Assembly (NCBI GenBank): GCA_010015805.1
Contig: ML978121.1
Span: forward strand, 2,108,001 to 2,172,000
Source of the DNA: Rhizodiscina lignyota
Taxonomy: Eukaryota
Reading direction: 5' to 3'
DNA length: 64,000 bases
Translations under genes and position numbers: made by a program
The notes under the pieces: model-generated
Seen by the model: only the letters and a program-made list of their open reading frames with translations
The model's database searches: none
What the model was told of the DNA's origin: nothing
In this document: positions 61,847 to 64,000 of the stretch, piece by piece
Numbering within the stretch: the first letter of the stretch is position 1
How the letters are laid out: the number at the start of each line of letters is the position of its first letter

Positions 61847-62315
61847 ATGGGCGGTGGCGGTGAAAAGATGCCTGGCCAGTACGTCAATACCAAGACCCGG
61901 CTTCTTCGTACTCCCGGCTTCAGAAGCACATCTGCAGCATTTAATGGATACTTAAAGCTCTGATATAACCAGTCGCTAATCGTTTCTCTCAATTAACAGG
62001 TACATGGGCTGGTGGGGTAGTCTCGGCTCACCAGCACAGAAAGGTGTGACCACCTATGCGCTCTCCCCGAACCGACTGAGCCCGCTTGCCGGTACCACGA
62101 ACGCAGCGATATTCAATGTATGGAGGAGATTTAAGAACCAGGTTCTGTTCTTTGCTCCCCCACTGCTTGCTGGGTATTACCTTATGTCTTGGGCCACTGA
62201 GAGGTAAGGACGAAAGTTACATTGAAGTGTATGTTTCGGGTTTCTCACTCAGTATAACAGGAACGAGTACCTCAACTCCAAGCACGGACGAGCTGAATTC
62301 GGAGATGAAGTCTAG
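61847..62315 (+). CDS. QCR8: Cytochrome bc1 complex subunit 8
   Basis: MGGGGEKMPGQ|YMGWWGSLGSPAQKGVTTYALSPNR...RNEYLNSKHGR. Introns ~61879-61999 and ~62204-62260. Confidence 0.94.
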
Positions 62316-62517
62316 CCGCCGGACATGTACAGTTGCGGAAGGATGGAGCTGGAGTATTTCTTTTCAGTGCTCTGGTATTGCGCCTAGCGTGCCTTCTTCG
62401 GGCCAATGTACAAAAGATTATTAGAAGGCTATTCTGACATCAATCTCATCTGTCATCTAAACCCAAACGCTCGTAATTCCGTAACACCGCGATCCATGCG
62501 CACCGTGGTAGAAAGCA

Positions 62518-63188
62518 TCAATATCTCCATTCGAACTTGTCAGTATCTGTGTAATATCTGATCAAGCTCTCTGCACCGACTAGATCTCCCTGCCTAAACA
62601 TCTGTGCAATGTCCACGTTCAAGGGCGAGTCTGGCTCGGCAGAAGTGAGGAGTTGGTGTATCGAGGTTAAGGTATCGGTTATCTTATAGGCTGGAGACCA
62701 GTTTGTCTTGAGAAGATCGAGGCATATTTCACCCGTCTGATAACAGTTAGAGAAAGAGTCGTATATAATCTGATGCCTGTGGTTCACAGTCGTCCTTGAC
62801 CAAGGAGCGGACGAGTCAAGGGATAATGTGATCGTACCTTAAAATGTACATTAGGATGACATATTGGTGTCACAAACTTTACTTCCGGCGGCGCATTGGG
62901 ATATGTTGGTGATATTCTAATGTCTAGCTTCCAGCAGCCTCCTGGAGCGTGCAACAATCAGTTCGGTTCCATGCGATTGCGCACCCACTTGGGCCGTTTG
63001 CGGCTGCATCTAAGCTGACCTTCGTATGCTGTGCCTTGCACCCCCTTCATAACTGCCGACCAATGCATAAGCTCGTCGTCACTAACAGGCCCTAAAGAGA
63101 GTAGGGCATCGTTCGGTTCTTGTTGGTACTGTTGGAGCTCCTTCAACAGTCGTTGTGTTGGTGTCTGCGAGCGGCTGGAACCCGCCAT
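62518..63188 (-). CDS. PEX4: Ubiquitin-conjugating enzyme E2, peroxin 4-like
   Basis: [46 protein letters not shown]..WSPAY and EPDSPLNVDIA..RQGD. Two introns. Confidence 0.85.
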
Positions 63189-63500
63189 GAATGAGTTGTT
63201 TAGAGGCGGCTACTGATAGTGCCTCTTTATGCGAAACAATCTTCAAAAAACTGTCACATGAAGGTCGCTAAGGCGAGATATAGACCTTCTCAATCAGACG
63301 ATGCGCCAAATTGATGCCTCGGTCGAGATGTCGAGAAAGCCGAAGATTTGCCGAAGCCGGGATTCGATGTCTTCGGAGTTTTCCGCGTCAAAACACTTAG
63401 CACTGTAGCGCGCGGCAGTGACCTCATCCGCGACATTTGTAGACGCGCGAACCTTCAATATTTATCGCATGTCACAGGCAATCTTTCCATAACCGCAACG

Positions 63501-64000
63501 ATGGCAGTGCCTGAAGCGACTCTGTCGCATTTAAATCGCGCCGACGGATCTGCAACATACTCGTCGAATGGCTACACAGTCGTTGGCGCCGTCAATGGCC
63601 CGATAGAGGTGCAGCGGCGCGACGAGCTTCCAGAAGAGGCAGCAATTGAAGTCAATATTCGCCCTGCCGTTGGCGTTGGAAGTATGCAGCAAGGCAATAT
63701 CCGTTCTCAGGCTTTCGAATTATGCTGAGAACCAATGTAGGTACAAAGGAACGATACTTGGAATCGATACTTCAATCAACTCTTCGCCGCATTATTCTCA
63801 CGCACACTTTCCCGAGGACTCTTATCCAGCTCACACTGCAGGTCGTGAACACTCCTGCGCCGTTCGATTGCCCTTTCACCTCTTCAGTAAGAATCTCTGC
63901 TCTATGCCCTGCTGGCCTCACTGATCGGGATCATAGCCACTGCCCCTCCTCCCTGCCCTCCTCGAAACCGCGATGCTTGCCTTACTCTCCGCCTCATTAC
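63501..64000 (+). CDS. RRP46: Exosome component Rrp46 (RNase PH-like), truncated by the window end
   Basis: LSHLNRADGSATY, AVNGPIEVQRRDE, IEVNIRP and FPRTLIQLTLQV. Introns at ~63682-63740 and from ~63887. Confidence 0.88.

Noticed and set aside
31481..63188. PEX11-family and PEX4 genes as a peroxisome gene cluster
   Set aside because: 30 kb apart with unrelated genes between; probably chance

Overview
Gene-dense 64 kb window from a filamentous ascomycete (Pezizomycotina-like): short ~50-60 nt GT-AG introns with CTRAC branch sites, about 50% GC. I saw no transposon, rRNA, tRNA or CRISPR features. About 36 protein-coding genes can be reconstructed by hand-splicing. Housekeeping genes include molybdopterin synthase catalytic subunit, an RBM5/10-like splicing factor, LCB2, a PEX11-family gene, SAM35, PHB1, QCR8, PEX4 and RRP46 (partial). 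Between them lie orphan or secreted genes and a ~20 kb enzyme-rich block (40-60 kb): methyltransferase, three SDRs, a beta-hydroxyacid dehydrogenase, FAD monooxygenase, secreted SurE phosphatase, alpha/beta hydrolase, GFA protein and MFS sugar transporter, with no backbone synthase. The most notable observations are hidden from the ORF track. (1) A spliced, secreted, acidic CSalpha-beta defensin-like gene (8151-8704) whose first splice donor is non-canonical (GG instead of GT). (2) A two-exon, 21-aa, three-CxC metallothionein microgene (34245-34367). (3) A secreted Thr/Tyr/Lys-rich protein that may form a long disulfide-closed beta-hairpin. All family calls come from motif recognition by eye, not database searches, and exon boundaries are manual.
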